Assembly: GCF_038025025.1 (NCBI RefSeq)
Contig: NW_027117347.1
Span: forward strand, 744,001 to 808,000
Length of the DNA: 64,000 nt
Origin: Phyllosticta citribraziliensis
Taxonomy: Eukaryota
Direction: 5' to 3'
The position numbers were made by a program, and so were the translations under genes. The notes beneath the pieces were generated by a model. It saw only the letters and a list, made by a program, of their open reading frames with translations. It was not told the origin of the DNA and ran no database searches. Every line of letters begins with the position of its first letter. Position 1 is the first letter of the stretch. Shown in pieces: positions 50,384-63,106 of this stretch.

Positions 50384-52661
50384 ATGCCGGCTCACGAGTA
50401 CATGGCGCAATTCGCGCGCCGTAACCTCGTGGGAGACGCGCCAGACCCTGCTGGCCTCGACGGCCGCGATATCAAGACGGTCTACTCCATCGTCTACTAC
50501 ACTGCGCCGAAGACTTTCGATGGGCCCGCCGTCTACGTTACCGACACGTCCAACTTGCCCTCTGCTGGTGGAAATCAGCCTGCCACGACGAATGCGCAGC
50601 CTACCGGCAAAAACAATCCAAACTCCGTCACGGACCAGACGACCTTGACCACGGCCATTGTCAAGCAGTCGTCTCCTTCGAGCCTGGCGACCACTTCCTC
50701 TTCGGAGACTTCCTCGATAAACATTACCCAAGTCGCGTCCTACCTCAGCCTGTCGACAGTTCCCACCGGAGCCGCCGCCTCGGCCATCATATCCGCCGCC
50801 AATGCCAGAAACACTGGCGACCCAGCCAGTGAGTCGGCCAGCAAGATGACTTCTGGTGCCAAGGCTGGACTTGCCTGTGGCCTCATTGCTCTGGTTTCGC
50901 TGTTCCTCCTCACTGCTTGGTTTTGCCGCAAGCAAGCCATGAAGAAGAGACAGCAATTCCAGCAGATGAATGAAAAGCAAAACAACAACTCCAACGAAAA
51001 GGGCATCTTCAACCAGGACATCGCCCCCGCTCCCGTCCCCGCCCCGGTTCGTGGCCCAAGTAACAGGACCACAAAGACTGCGTCGACGGCCCCACGTCTC
51101 AGTATTCGTCCCGTCACGCAGTTTGCGCCCAACTTCAACGGCGGCCAAAATCCGAGCCCTGGAATGCACGGTGCCGCCAACCCGGCCCAAGATCCCTTCC
51201 GCGATCCTGCCCCGGCCAAGCCGAGTCCCTGGGAGAGGCGTGGCGCTGCAAACGCGGCCAACGACCCGGCCAATCCTTTTGGAAACCACGCTGAGATTGA
51301 AAACACCGTCGACCGTGATGCTGTCGCCTTGGACACCCCCACTGTTCTGCAGACTCCGACTGCTGCCTTTCCTCCAATGCCGCCCCAGAATGCTAGTCCT
51401 CCCGCTCCTCCGCCGGCTCCTCGCAACGAAAACGTGGGCGTTGCTGCAGCCGTTACCGGTGCCGCTGCCGCGGGACTCGCACCTGGTGCACTCCGCGCCG
51501 CGGCTGGTAACAATAAGAGCGACATGAGTGTCGACTCCAACCTTTCTGGATCGACCGTTGCCACTCACAAGCACCCCGTCAGGGCTGAGCACGAAATTCC
51601 TATAGTTCCTCCTTCTCCTGGTCCAGCTCCTGCTGGAGCTCTTCCCTCTGCGCCGGACTCTGACCGCGTGCACCGTGTTCAGCTGGACTTCATGCCATCA
51701 ATGGCTGATGAGCTTGAGGTCAAGGTTGGTGAGCTTGTGCGCTTGGTCCACGAGTATGATGACGGATGGGTAAGTTTGTTTCTCACTTTTGAAAGACAGT
51801 CCATTGACGTTGTTCCAGTGCATGTGTGTCCGCTTCGACCGTTCGGCTTCTGGTGTCGTTCCTCGTAGCTGCATGTCTCAGCAGCCCGTCAAGCCGATGC
51901 GCAAGAACGGCCCGCCTCCTACTGCTCGCATGCCCCCTCACGCTCCACGCAACCGCGCCCCGTCCAACTCCAGCCAGAACCGCCCTTGGTCCCCCGTTCA
52001 GACCCGGCCCCAGACCCCAGACAACTTTCCTTTCCCTGCTGTTGCGCCTCTTCAAGGCCGTAGCTCGCCTGGTCCCAACGGCAGTCCCGTCAATCGTCCT
52101 CGTGCCAACAGCCATGGTGTCTTTGCTGGCCAGCCTGGACGTGCTGGATCTCCCATGGGCCGCCCTCGTGCTCCTAGCCATGGTCCTTTTGGCCACCCCG
52201 GCGGCATGTCTCCCCAGTTCAGACATGGTCAGGGTCGTCCTCGCACCCCCAGCGGAGGTCCTATGCCTGGCCCGCTCACTCCTCAGCGTGGCAGGGCTTC
52301 GCCCGGTCCAATGGGTCGTCCTCGTACTCCCAGTGGGGGTCCTCAGCCTGGCTACTCTCCTAACGGTGGACGTAGCTCTCCTCGTGGCCGTCCTCGTGGC
52401 CCTAGCAACGCTTCTCACAATGGCGGTGCCCGTCCGATGTCCCCTCTCAACCCGGCCGCCATCCGCGCTCGCTCCAACAGCGCTTCCATGTACACCAGCC
52501 AGCTCCGCGGCGGTGGTGGCGACGGCCCTTATGCCGCTGCCGGCCTCCCCATGTCCCCCGTCGCCGTGCGCCGTCGCTCCAATTCGGCGAACCAGCACGG
52601 TGTCGTGGTTCGCGAGGCGCCATCGAACATGCCAGGCCCGCTCAACGGCCAAGCCTTCTAA
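50384..52661 (+). CDS. Single-pass membrane protein with Ser/Thr-rich ectodomain and cytosolic SH3 domain (Fus1-like architecture); 2 exons
   Basis: TM segment AGLACGLIALVSLFLLTAWFC. SH3 HRVQLDFMPSMADELEV...EYDDGW/CMCVRFDRSASGVVPRSC is joined over intron about 51770-51818; Pro/Arg/Gly-rich tail. Confidence 0.85.
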
Positions 52662-53411
52662 GCTGCTGCCGCTGCTCCGTTTCGCGCGCGTCTCGTGGTT
52701 TCATTTGCCTGCTTAGCGTTTCAGCGAACGTGGCTGCCTGCATGAATTCTTTTCGTCCCTTGGCCTTTCGGATACCCACTTGCTCCAGGTCGACATTGGT
52801 TCGACAGAAGGCTTTTCCCCCCGATCGACTTGCACTGCGATTTCTCGACCCCTCCCGGCATCGTCTGCGCATAATGTTTGTTTGCTCTGACAGCTTCTTC
52901 AGCCGTCAATTGAGCCAAATCGGACTGCCAGTCGGTGAATCACCCGTGAGGGTCCCTGCACCTGTAAAATAGACATCGGCTCGCCCCTCGTTTTTTCCTT
53001 TTTTTTTTTGCCTCTCTTTTTTCTGACTTTTGCATTGCATGCTTGCATGGCTGGACGGACGGGATGGACTCGCACTGATTCACGGCTCGATGGGTGCAAT
53101 GGGGGTGGTGGTTCGGTACGGGTGGAGCGGCGGGAGTCACTCTTCGGAGTCACTGCCCTGCTGCTCCTCCCTTTGCTTTCTGCGCCTTTCACTTCTCACC
53201 CTCCTATTTCGGCATTTTGCTTTTTTTCTTTTCCCGTTTGTGCGTTGCTCTCAGCCACTGCCAGCTGCGTCTACCCTCTCCTATTCTCGCTCTCACGTCA
53301 AAGTCGAAGTCTTCCACTTTCTCGCTGACACAAGGACATTCGGATGGAGAGACGAGAGGGTCATTGTACAGTATACACACCGTCACAACACACAAACTCT
53401 CTTCACACCGC

Positions 53412-53440
53412 CACACACACACACACACACACACACACAC
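53412..53440 (+). repeat. (CA)n microsatellite, about 14 units
   Basis: Direct dinucleotide run. Confidence 0.9.
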
Positions 53441-54279
53441 CGCGCTTTCCATAGTCAGCCTGAGTCTGAGCTCGCTCTTGGGTATTTTCCGTCTGATCTG
53501 CGATCGGAATTGGGTCTTGCCTGGGTGGAAATTGAAGGTGGTTCTAAATCTAAAACTACTTTGCTTCTTTGAGATTGTCGTCTTTCTTCTTGTTTACTAA
53601 CGTGTTGACGTGTAGGCCGGAGCGTGATGTAGTGGTTGCTTGTGGTGACTGCTGCTGTGTGGGCAGCTTAGCTTCTCTCCATTGACTTGAGGCACCTGCC
53701 CCTAACCGCCCTCTTTCCCACGCCCAACACACACTTCACAACAGACAGCAAGAGCGCAGCCCCCTCCCCCGACTGCGCAGGCTAGCCGTGCTGTCCTTGC
53801 CCTCGGAGTTCCCGTCGCTCAGACGACACGGCTGCATTGGTACATGTAGGCGTGGACTGCTTGGTGTTTACCTCGATTGTGGCAGGTGGGATACGCCTGG
53901 AAGTGCCAGCAGAAGAGGGTACTTGTAGTGGCTTGCCCCCGGCGTTGGTTCTTGTTTTGTTTCCATTTGTCCTCCTCACACTCTCTTCTCTGCACGCGAT
54001 GCACGACTTTCACTCTGCAGTATTCCGGCTGACCCGTTGTGGGCTTCCAAATGAATGAACACCTTCTTCTCTCTCGTCTCTCCTTTCCGTCTTCTAGGCG
54101 CTGAGTTTACGCTTACGATCTCCCGTTTGTCTTCCTTGCTTCCTCGCGTCTTTGTTGTCCACACTCCACATGCTTCTTTCCCACTCTTCTTCTTTCTGAA
54201 TTGGGAACATATGAAGCTTTGCGACAAGCTTGTCCTCATCGCTGGTCAGGCTCAGACTGCACCTATCTGCACCCCTTTT

Positions 54280-55350
54280 TCGACCCGACGACGAAGGTGG
54301 CGATACCGCTGAGTCGCAAATGGACGTCGACTTCGTTTTCCTGGAGACCTGTGCACTGGAATTCTTGGAAAAGACTCGGCCAGACAAAACCGGAAGGTGT
54401 CATATTCGATACCGGAATCAGGGGTTTGCGATGTTGGTTCAAGGGCGCAAGTGCAGAAACGAAGCACATCAAGTAAGTCCTCTCCTCACTCTCCTTTTTG
54501 AGATTTTATGAACCTCGACTGACTTTTTTCGAACAGATACACGATCTTCCTCGTTCTCAACGCTGTGGTCGAGCAGAGCAAATGCCGAGACTGGCGGTTC
54601 CACGTTGGCAGTGCTGGTCTGCTCGGACGCTGACCAAGTCGGAGTCGTGAATATCTTTCTGAGGGCTTTTCTACCTACGGCAGGATGAGCGTCAAAAATA
54701 AGTGAAACGGCGTTTATGACCTCAAGGAGTCCGAAGACCACGAGGAAGACGCGTTCGGAGCAGACCATTGCAATTTCTCCGAATGTCTTGCTCAAGTGGG
54801 CTGGATGAATCTGGGGTAGCTCGGGATGCAGCGCAATGAGATTTCTCGCAGTGGTCGCGCCGGCGCAGTTTCCCGGACGCCCTACGTCCACTCAAGGCTT
54901 CCCACCTGCCGCTGGAGGTGCTCACACAGTCATCCTGAACGACTGCTATGTCCTACCCGCCCAGCCCGTTCACGATGCACGCCAGGTCAAATACTCCTGA
55001 ACGTCACGGCACGGATCTTTAAGGGTACAGACGACTTCCTGTTAACCGTGGACATTTCGGCGGTTTTTGCCTCGGCAAAGCAAGCTGTGCAGAGTGCCTT
55101 TCCTCCCATATGGAGCTGCATTTCTGAACAACTCGACTCTTCGATGGAGCTTCACATGGCTTGGACCCGAAGTCTTGAACAAGTTCGTCGGTCACTCGGA
55201 AGAGAACATGCGGAAACTGTTTGCAAAGGCCGAGCAGGACAAACCAACTGAACTCAAACTCATCATCTTCGACGAGTTGGATACGTCTCTTTCGGCGATA
55301 TGCGGGGACTTTCCGATGATTCTTCGCTCAACTACGAACAGGGCCGACGA
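54280..55350 (+). pseudogene. Degenerate fragment of vesicle-fusing ATPase Sec18/NSF (AAA D1 remnant)
   Basis: 55163-55282 translates [25 protein letters not shown]...LIIFDELD, followed by AIC and STTNRAD. There is no Walker A and no long ORF; the 5' limit is tentative. Confidence 0.72.
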
Positions 55351-56163
55351 GACCTCTCGTGCGAAGTTCTGTCGACTACAGGACCGCGACAAGCTGGCTC
55401 AGTGCTTCGAGTGCGGCGGCCAAGCGGACCTTCAGCATCTGAAGACGGGTATAACTCTTATGCTCTGAGGACAAGAGCCGCAAGGTGGAGATCATCGACC
55501 TGACTGGCTCAGACGACGACAACGACGACGAAGCGCTCGACCAGTATCTCGAGAAATCGGAGCTGGAGTACCAAGGAGTGCGAACGGGCAATGGAATGTC
55601 GGGTACGAAATGTTGTGGAGTTCAATTTTACGAGCTGATGGCTGAGATTTGCTTGGAAGGAGTGGAGATGTCGCTGTAGTCGGAGAATAGTTATCCATTG
55701 ACACATGCAGACAACGACTTTGAGTCGAGTTCTATTACGAAAACTTCATAGCTTTGGCGCGGCGTGGAATGAATTTCGTGCGAACATTCGACATGGTCTC
55801 CGTGAGAGCGTTTCAACGATGCTCCCTAGACACATTCGTGCAGGTGGCACATCGACGACCGCATGGCAGTCGACGAGGAAGAACGATCGGATGGTTGGTG
55901 ATTAATGCGATTTGAATGTGTCAGCTTTTATGAGATATGTGGCGGATACTGTACACCAAGAGTCCGTAGAGATGCATCCGAAAACGTTGCCCAGAGCTTC
56001 AGTCCCGCCGTGGGCGATTGCCGTCTCTTGAACTCCATGCCTATTCACATAGCCTTGCCCCCATCCCGACTCCAAAATTTTGCCCAATGCGCCGTGGAAT
56101 GAAATCCGAGCCGTCGGCGCCGGCACTGACGCACCGGCCCGGGGAGAAGAAAAAGAGGAGAAA

Positions 56164-57580
56164 TCACTCCGACTCCTCTGACCTGACAAAATCGACGTCC
56201 TCGTCCTCATCCTCGTCCGAGTCTGTTTCATCGCGGTAGCGACGCTGGACGACGTCGGCGATCCACGGGTGCTCGAGGGCTTCGGCAGCGGTGATGCGCT
56301 TCCGGGGGTCGCACTCGAGCAGCAGGCGCAGAAAGTCAATGGCGTCCTTCTCGTCGTCGTCGAAGCTAGCGAGACGCTCGCCCGCCTCGTTCTTCTTGTT
56401 GCGGTTGGTGCACCACATGATGATCTTCTCAAAGGTGTGGCCGTGGTCGGAGTAGCTGGGGATGTTGGTCTCGAAGACCTGGCCGTGCAAAAGGGCCGTC
56501 TCGCGCATGCGCGTCTTGCCAAAGATGGCCGTCAGCTCGAGGAGCGCGTCAATGTCGTCGGCGCTGTGGAAAAAGGGAAAGCGCCGTGTGAGTAGCGTGA
56601 GGAGGATGACGCCCGCGCTCCACATGTCGATGGCTGTCGTCTGCGCGGTGCATTTGAGGAGGACTTCTGGCGCGCGGAATCCTCGAGTACCGGCACGGTT
56701 CGCGCGCCGGCTGGGTCGCGTGTCGTTTTTGGGGAACGTGGGAACGTGGTTTGGATTGGAAGCGACTGTGTTGGCGTAGACGCTGTTTTTGATTCTGCTG
56801 TGGCGTTCGCGGGTGCCCAGTTCGCAGCTGCAAGAGTGCCAGTCGACGCCCTGTCTCTCGGCCAATCCAAAGTCCACGAGAACGCCGCGGTTCTTTTCTG
56901 GTTGATAGAGGAAGTTTGTTGGTTTAATGTCGCGGTGCAGGATGCCATGTGCGTGGACGGCTTCGAGCGCCGTGAACAGGCTTCGAAAATACAATCGATA
57001 ATCAGTACAGTTCATTTCTCGGTAGTAGTCCCGAAAGTCATGATGCTGGAAGTATGGGAGGACGGCAATGACCTGGTCCTGGTGGCGGAAGGCAGTGATG
57101 AGCGGACAGACCGAGTCCGAAGAGCGAAGGTCATGGAGGAGTTCAAGTTCGTTGAGTATTCGAAGGGGACTGCTCGTGACGTAGATCTTTTTGATTGCGA
57201 CGTAGCGCGGTTTTTTCCGCTTGAAAGATTGTCCAACCCCCTCTTCCTTTTTGGCGTCTAAGTCCCAGTCATTTTGGTGCGAGTCGTACTGGAGGTCCTC
57301 GGCCTTGTAGACTGTGGAGAAGGTGCCTGGGTCGCGTTAGCAGCGGATTGGGTGCGCGGTGGGGCTCCGTTTGAGACAGACCCTCTCCGATGCGATTGAT
57401 GAGACGGTATTTCTTGGAGATGCCTTTGAAGCTCTCCTCGAAGCGTTCAATGTCTTCGGCAACGCTTTCGTCGATTATTTCCTTCTCGTCGCTGTCATCG
57501 ATGGTGCGGCCACTCTCGTCCAGCGTGTCGCGACTCTCGTCCATGGAGTCTTCGACGTGGACTGTGTCTGGTCTTGTCAT
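56164..57580 (-). CDS. CDC7: Cell division control protein 7 kinase (DDK catalytic subunit); 2 exons
   Basis: RIGEGTFSTVYKA, YVAIKKIYVTSSP, HRDIKPTNFL, LVDFGLAE and RANRAGTRGFRAPEVLLKC. Intron 57381-57327. Confidence 0.96.
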
Positions 57581-57835
57581 GGCCTCTCCGTGTCGCTACA
57601 ATGGCGCGAGAGGGACACGATCGGGGTGGACGAGGCGTGCAGTTGGGTGGGTGTTTTGCGGCTTAAGAAGTGCGGTTCACTCGACGGTAGCGGCAAGTGG
57701 CGCGCCGCGGGATTGAGATGTTTGTAAACACCAACCGCGCGGCGCCTTCCGCGGTTTCTGCTCCACCTCCGCCTCCGGACAAACCACCAACTCGACACCT
57801 CACCACCACCACATGCGCCCCGTCGCGCTGCCATC

Positions 57836-60800
57836 ATGGGCGATCGCACAGAATTCGATCTGAGCGAGTCGCTCAAGCTGTTCCTCAGCGACCCGGCCAC
57901 CATCCTTACGCCCGAAGCCCCGTCCGACCTGACCGATTGCGAAAATGACCCTTCGTCGCTCACGACCGCCGTCATCAACGGCGCCTTGTACCCCGTCGTC
58001 GACGCCATAACAGACAGCCCTGAAGCTGTCGCCCAAAGCCAACACTTCGACACGCTGCAGTTCTTGCTCAAGTGCGCTCCTACAAGCCCTCCCGACATGG
58101 TTGCCCGAATGCCAGAACCTGACTGCAATTTGTTTGCTCAATCTAGGAACTCGTCCTTGCTCCCCCCGACTGCCCTAGGCAAAGTCCTCGATCTCGTCGT
58201 CTCTGGTCTCTCCGCCGAAGCCAACGCCGCAAATGCCGACATCGAAGCTGATGAACAGGAATCGATACAGCACCACAAGGAGCTGCTGGAAATGTATGGC
58301 TTTTTGCTGTACTGGGCAATCTCAGCCGTCGAAGCCAAGGCGGCGGAGAAGCCGGCTACCAGCAGAGGAAGAGGCGGAAGAGGAGCAAAACCAAAGGCGG
58401 GTTCAAAGGACGACAATTGGGATTCGTCGACTCAATTGACAACAGCAATGGAAAACATGTGCAAGGTCATGAAGCTCAAGATTTCGCGAATTTTTGTCAC
58501 AACCTCCGAGCGGGACACCTTCATCGGTCTCTTCACCCGTCCCGTATACCTCGTCCTCGAAAACGAAGCCCGTGTCAAAAGCACTGCAATCCGAAAGCAT
58601 GCTTTCAAGGTCCTTTGCATTGCGGTCAAGCACCACGGCCACGCGTTTGGTAATTTTCTGGATAGTTCAAACTTTGGACTGCACTAATGAATTTAACAGG
58701 CGCGCAAACCTCGATTATTCAAAACCTCTCGTACTTCGAACATCTCCCAGAACCCATGGCCGAATTTCTCCACATTCTAGCAGACCAATACGACTATCCA
58801 CAGCTGACGGAAGAGATTCTGAGGGAACTGAGCAACAAGGAGTTCAACAGCAACGATCCGAGAGGCCCCAAGTCCGTTTCTACCTTTATTACCAAGATTT
58901 CTGAATTGGTTCCCCACTTGGTTGTGAAGCAGATGACGCTGCTGGCAAAACTCCTGGAAAGTGAATCGTACACTTTGCGCTGCGCGATCATTGAGGTTTG
59001 CGCCAACCTCATCTCCATGCTTAGCAAGCAGAGAGATGAATATGAGGACCGCCGGGAACACACCGAGGGACAAATCAACACCTTCTTCGAAGTCCTTGAG
59101 CAACGATTCCTGGATATCAACCCCTACTGCAGGACACGAACCATTCAATGCTACACTCGGCTCTGTGACGTCGAGACGATTTTCCCAGTCTACCGCGAAA
59201 GGAGGCAGAACGCCGCCGAGCTTGCCGCCAGAAGTTTGGAGGACAAGAGCAGCCATGTTCGCCGCAATGCCATCAAGCTGCTCGCCAAATTGGTTACCAC
59301 ACATCCATTCCAATCCTTGCATGGTGGCCAACTCACCCTGGATGATTGGATTGAGCGTTTGCAACAAGTTCAACAGGAGCTGGAAGCGCTTTTGCCGCGT
59401 GGAGAAGCAAACAACCAGACCCAAGTCGATGCCACGGTAGACGAGGGCTTGCTTGACGATGCAACACAAGTAGAGGCTCCAGCACCAGTTGCGCCTACCT
59501 TGACCGACGAGGAAAAGCAGGCGCTTGTGGAAAAAGTGCAAGCTTTGGACAAGTTGACCCGGACCAGGAGGTACTACTCTGACGCCATCAAGTTTATTGA
59601 ACTCATCCATGCATCATCTGCTATAGTTACCCAACTCCTGTCGTCCAAAAACAAGAGCGAGGTCATTGAGGCGATGGACTTTTTCACCGTCATCGACGCT
59701 TACAAGGTCCAAACTTCGCGCTCTGGCATTCGACGGATGTTGCGCCTGATATGGACCAAGGGGAATAGCGATGAAGGCAAAGGAGTCCAGGCACACCTGA
59801 TTGACTGCTACAAGAGCCTCTTCTTCGATGCGCCGGACACCTTTGACACCAACAGCGCCGCCAACTTTGTCGCTCGAAATATGGTCAGCCTTACTTTTGG
59901 TGCCACGCCAGCCGAACTCATTTCGCTGGAACAACTTCTTAGTACGATGATGAAGCAAGGCACAGTGAGCGACCACGTCGTCGCAAAGCTCTGGCAAATA
60001 TACGGCGCTCAGAAGAAGGGTCGAGAGACGTCCAAGACTCAGCGTCGTGGCGCAATCATCGTTCTCGGCATGCTGGCCCTTGCGGATCCGAACGTAATCG
60101 TCAGGGAGATGGAAGTTTGCTTGCGGATAGGACTCGGCGAGTATGGCCGGAGAGACCTTGGGCTCGCGAGATATACCTGCGTAGCTCTGCGGCGAATGAA
60201 TCCAGCCGCGCAAGCAAACAAGGGAATGACGGCATCCACCGCCGTGAAGATGCCAAACGATCACGCCGTTTTGGCCCGTCTTGCCGCGGCCATGGACATG
60301 GGGTCGGAAAGCAATGAATGGTTTGGGTTTGCGGAGCAAGCGCTCGACGCCATTTACGCGCTTGCGAAGCACCCAGACACTCTTTGCACCGAAATCATTA
60401 GGAGAAAGACAAAGGAGGTGTTCGCCCCCCAGCTGGTCCAAAGACCATCCACAGCCGGTTCTCAGGGGAGCCAGACAGGTTCACATGGCGCTGACGAGCG
60501 CCCTCAAAGTCAGGGCTCAGAAAAGCCCTCAGAGTCCGACGAGAGCAAGCAGAGGGCCACGCTTGCCTTTTCTCAACTGCTCTTTATTGTTGGCCATGTT
60601 GCGATCAAGCAAATCGTTCACCTTGAACTCTGCGAACAAGAGTTCAAGAGGAGAAAGGCTGAAAAGGAGACCCAAGCTGCCGCGGGCAACAAGAAGGCTG
60701 AAGCCACCCCAGCAAAGAGGGGCTCAAAGAAGCAGGCGGAAGAGGAGCAAGATGAACTAGATCTCATTGGAGCCACCAACGAAGACGAGTTCACGGAGCA

Positions 60801-61638
60801 TCTTCAGTACATTCGCGAGCGAGAGCTTCTCTACAGTCCTGAGGCTTTGCTGTCGAAGTTTGGGCCGCTGGTCGCCGAGGTTTGTGCGCAGAACACGCTA
60901 TATGCAAATAGCACGCTGCAAGCGCAGGCAGCTCTGTGTCTCGCAAAGCTCATGTGTGTGAGCTCCGAATATTGCGAGGCCAATCTCCCCCTGCTTCTTA
61001 CCATTCTCGAGCGCAGCAGCGATCCTGTGGTGCGCAGCAATCTGGTCGTCGGTCTTGGTGACATGGCCGTTTGCTTCAATCATTTGGTCGACGAAAACAC
61101 CGAATTCCTGTATCGTCGTCTGGATGATCGCGATGTCTCGGTCAAGCGCACATGCTTGATGACCTTGACGTTCCTGATCTTGGCTGGCCAGGTCAAGGTC
61201 AAGGGTCAACTTAGCGAAATGGCCAAGTGCCTGGAGGACGAAGATAAGAGAATTGCTGACATGGCACGCATGTTCTTCAGTGAACTGGCAACCAAGGACA
61301 ACGCTGTTTACAACCAATTTGTGGATATGTTCAGTGTCCTGAGCGCAGACGACAGACTTGGGGAGGATTCGTTCAGAAAGATTATTAAATTCTTGTCTGG
61401 GTTCATTGAAAAGGTATGTTTTCGTCCCGTGACTCGAATCAAGTTCTCGGTGTTGACCCAATTCCAGGAAAAACATTCAAAACAGCTTGCTGCCAAGCTT
61501 GCTGCCCGATTACCACGTTGCGAGACAGAGAGACAGTGGAACGACGTGGCCTACGTGCTCGGCTTGCTCCAACACAAGGATGAAGAGATATCCAAGGTTG
61601 TTTCTGATGGCTTCAAGGTTGTACAGGCGTCCGCATAG
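57836..61638 (+). CDS. YCS4: Condensin complex subunit 1 (Ycs4/Cnd1, HEAT repeats); about 4 exons
   Basis: RFLDINPYCR, SKNKSEVIEAMDFF, GIRRMLRLIWTKGNSDEGKG, LAKLMCVS and LTFLILAGQVKVKGQL. Introns 58072-58146, about 58651-58699, and 61414-61467. Confidence 0.95.
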
Positions 61639-62152
61639 GGGGTCACATTCAGCGCAAACAAGTGGGAGGACATTTTTGGGTTGGTTGGTCGGTTTGAGAA
61701 AAGGCGTTCGGGTGACCTGTAGAGTCGGGGGCCAGCAAGGCTTGGGACGATTGATCTACGAGGCGGTTTGGGATTGTGGACGGCAGGACGGAGTTCCAGG
61801 CCTGCTCATGAGATGGTGGTTATGCTTGCTTTGATTGGAATTCTACTTGATGCGTTCCAGCTTTGCTGTACAAAATCTAGCGAGGACGTGACCGTGCTGG
61901 TCTCGGGGATTCAGTGCCCTGCTCTCTCGACTCTGAGCGTATTATACGAATATGCCCCTGTCAGTTCGCGAGCGCCTCTGCCTTAGCCATTGAAGTCGGC
62001 GACGCAGGCTTGTGAAGGGGCACAACAATACAAGCTCGCAACTCGGATCCTCCACGAGCAGTGCCAATATTCCGAGAACTGGATCTCGAGTGACACGGGT
62101 CTTGTCCCAAGCCAAGTCTTTGGGCGTACGGTCCATATCAAGTTTCCTCTTT

Positions 62153-62795
62153 TCAAAATGCTTGTTCATCCGTCGGAACAATGGGGGGCATGGGCTGGTC
62201 ATAGTCCATCATAGAACCCTTGAGCGCAGTCCCCTCCTTGAGGAATAGAACCAGTCTAAACGCAGTATTCCCATTGAGATAATAGCGGTGGAGTCTCTTG
62301 CTTCTCAGGAAACCGAGACGTTCGTACAAGCGCAAGGATGCCGTGTTGGACGTTTCAGTCTCGAGAACAATCTCGTCGGCCTCGCGCGCCGTCATGGCAT
62401 CGATGGCCAACTTGACCAGCTTGCTTGCGATGCCTTGGCCACGCCAGGCCTCTTGCACAGCGAGCATGGCAATGTATCCGCGGAAGGTGCCAGAGCGATG
62501 AGGTTCGAGCTTACAGATGATGACGCCGATCAGCTTGGATTCGTTGTCGAGGGCCTAGTTTTTTCCTTCGCGTCAGCAAATATTCCCCGAGGAAATAAGC
62601 AATTGGCACAGGGGCGTGGCCAGGTACCATGTAGCACAAGTCACCCCATTGGTACAGGAAGTAGCGGTAGACGTAGATGCTGTAGGGCTCGGAGAGGTCC
62701 TTGGAAATCAGCTGGCGGATGGCGGGCAGCCAACGCTCCTCCTCGCGACCATCATACTGGACATAGCGCAGCTGGTCGGCGTTGGGCGCAGACAT
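62153..62795 (-). CDS. MAK3: NatC N-terminal acetyltransferase catalytic subunit (Naa30); 2 exons
   Basis: DLSEPYSIYVYRYFL, RGYIAMLAV, RGQGIA, LETE, LYERLGF and RYYLNGN motifs. Intron 62627-62555. Confidence 0.95.
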
Positions 62796-63106
62796 GGCGA
62801 ATGCGCATGGCAGGGGACCTGGACGGCCGGCGAGGAGTACAGGCAACGGACGAGCGAGGGCGTCAGCGTGGCTACCTGGGGCGGATGACGGGATGGGAAC
62901 GGTGGTGGGTGGTGCAGTCGCGTCCCGCGGCGGCGAGCGAGCGAGTGAGCGAGGTTCACATGCCCAGGCACGTATGACGACGCTCGAGACAGATAGCAGA
63001 TACGAACCTAGCTTTACATTCGCACCCGGACCACCTCTGCACAGCTCGCGCGGAGCTCAACCATTTCGCCATCACTTGCTCGCTTGAGAGGTGTACCCCA
63101 GGCGCC

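Noticed and set aside
57012..57236. Apparent frameshift in CDC7 suggested by the ORF track
   Set aside because: Manual translation shows exon 2 is continuous (EEGVGQSFKRKKPRYVAIKK); the listed ORF is an alternative frame.
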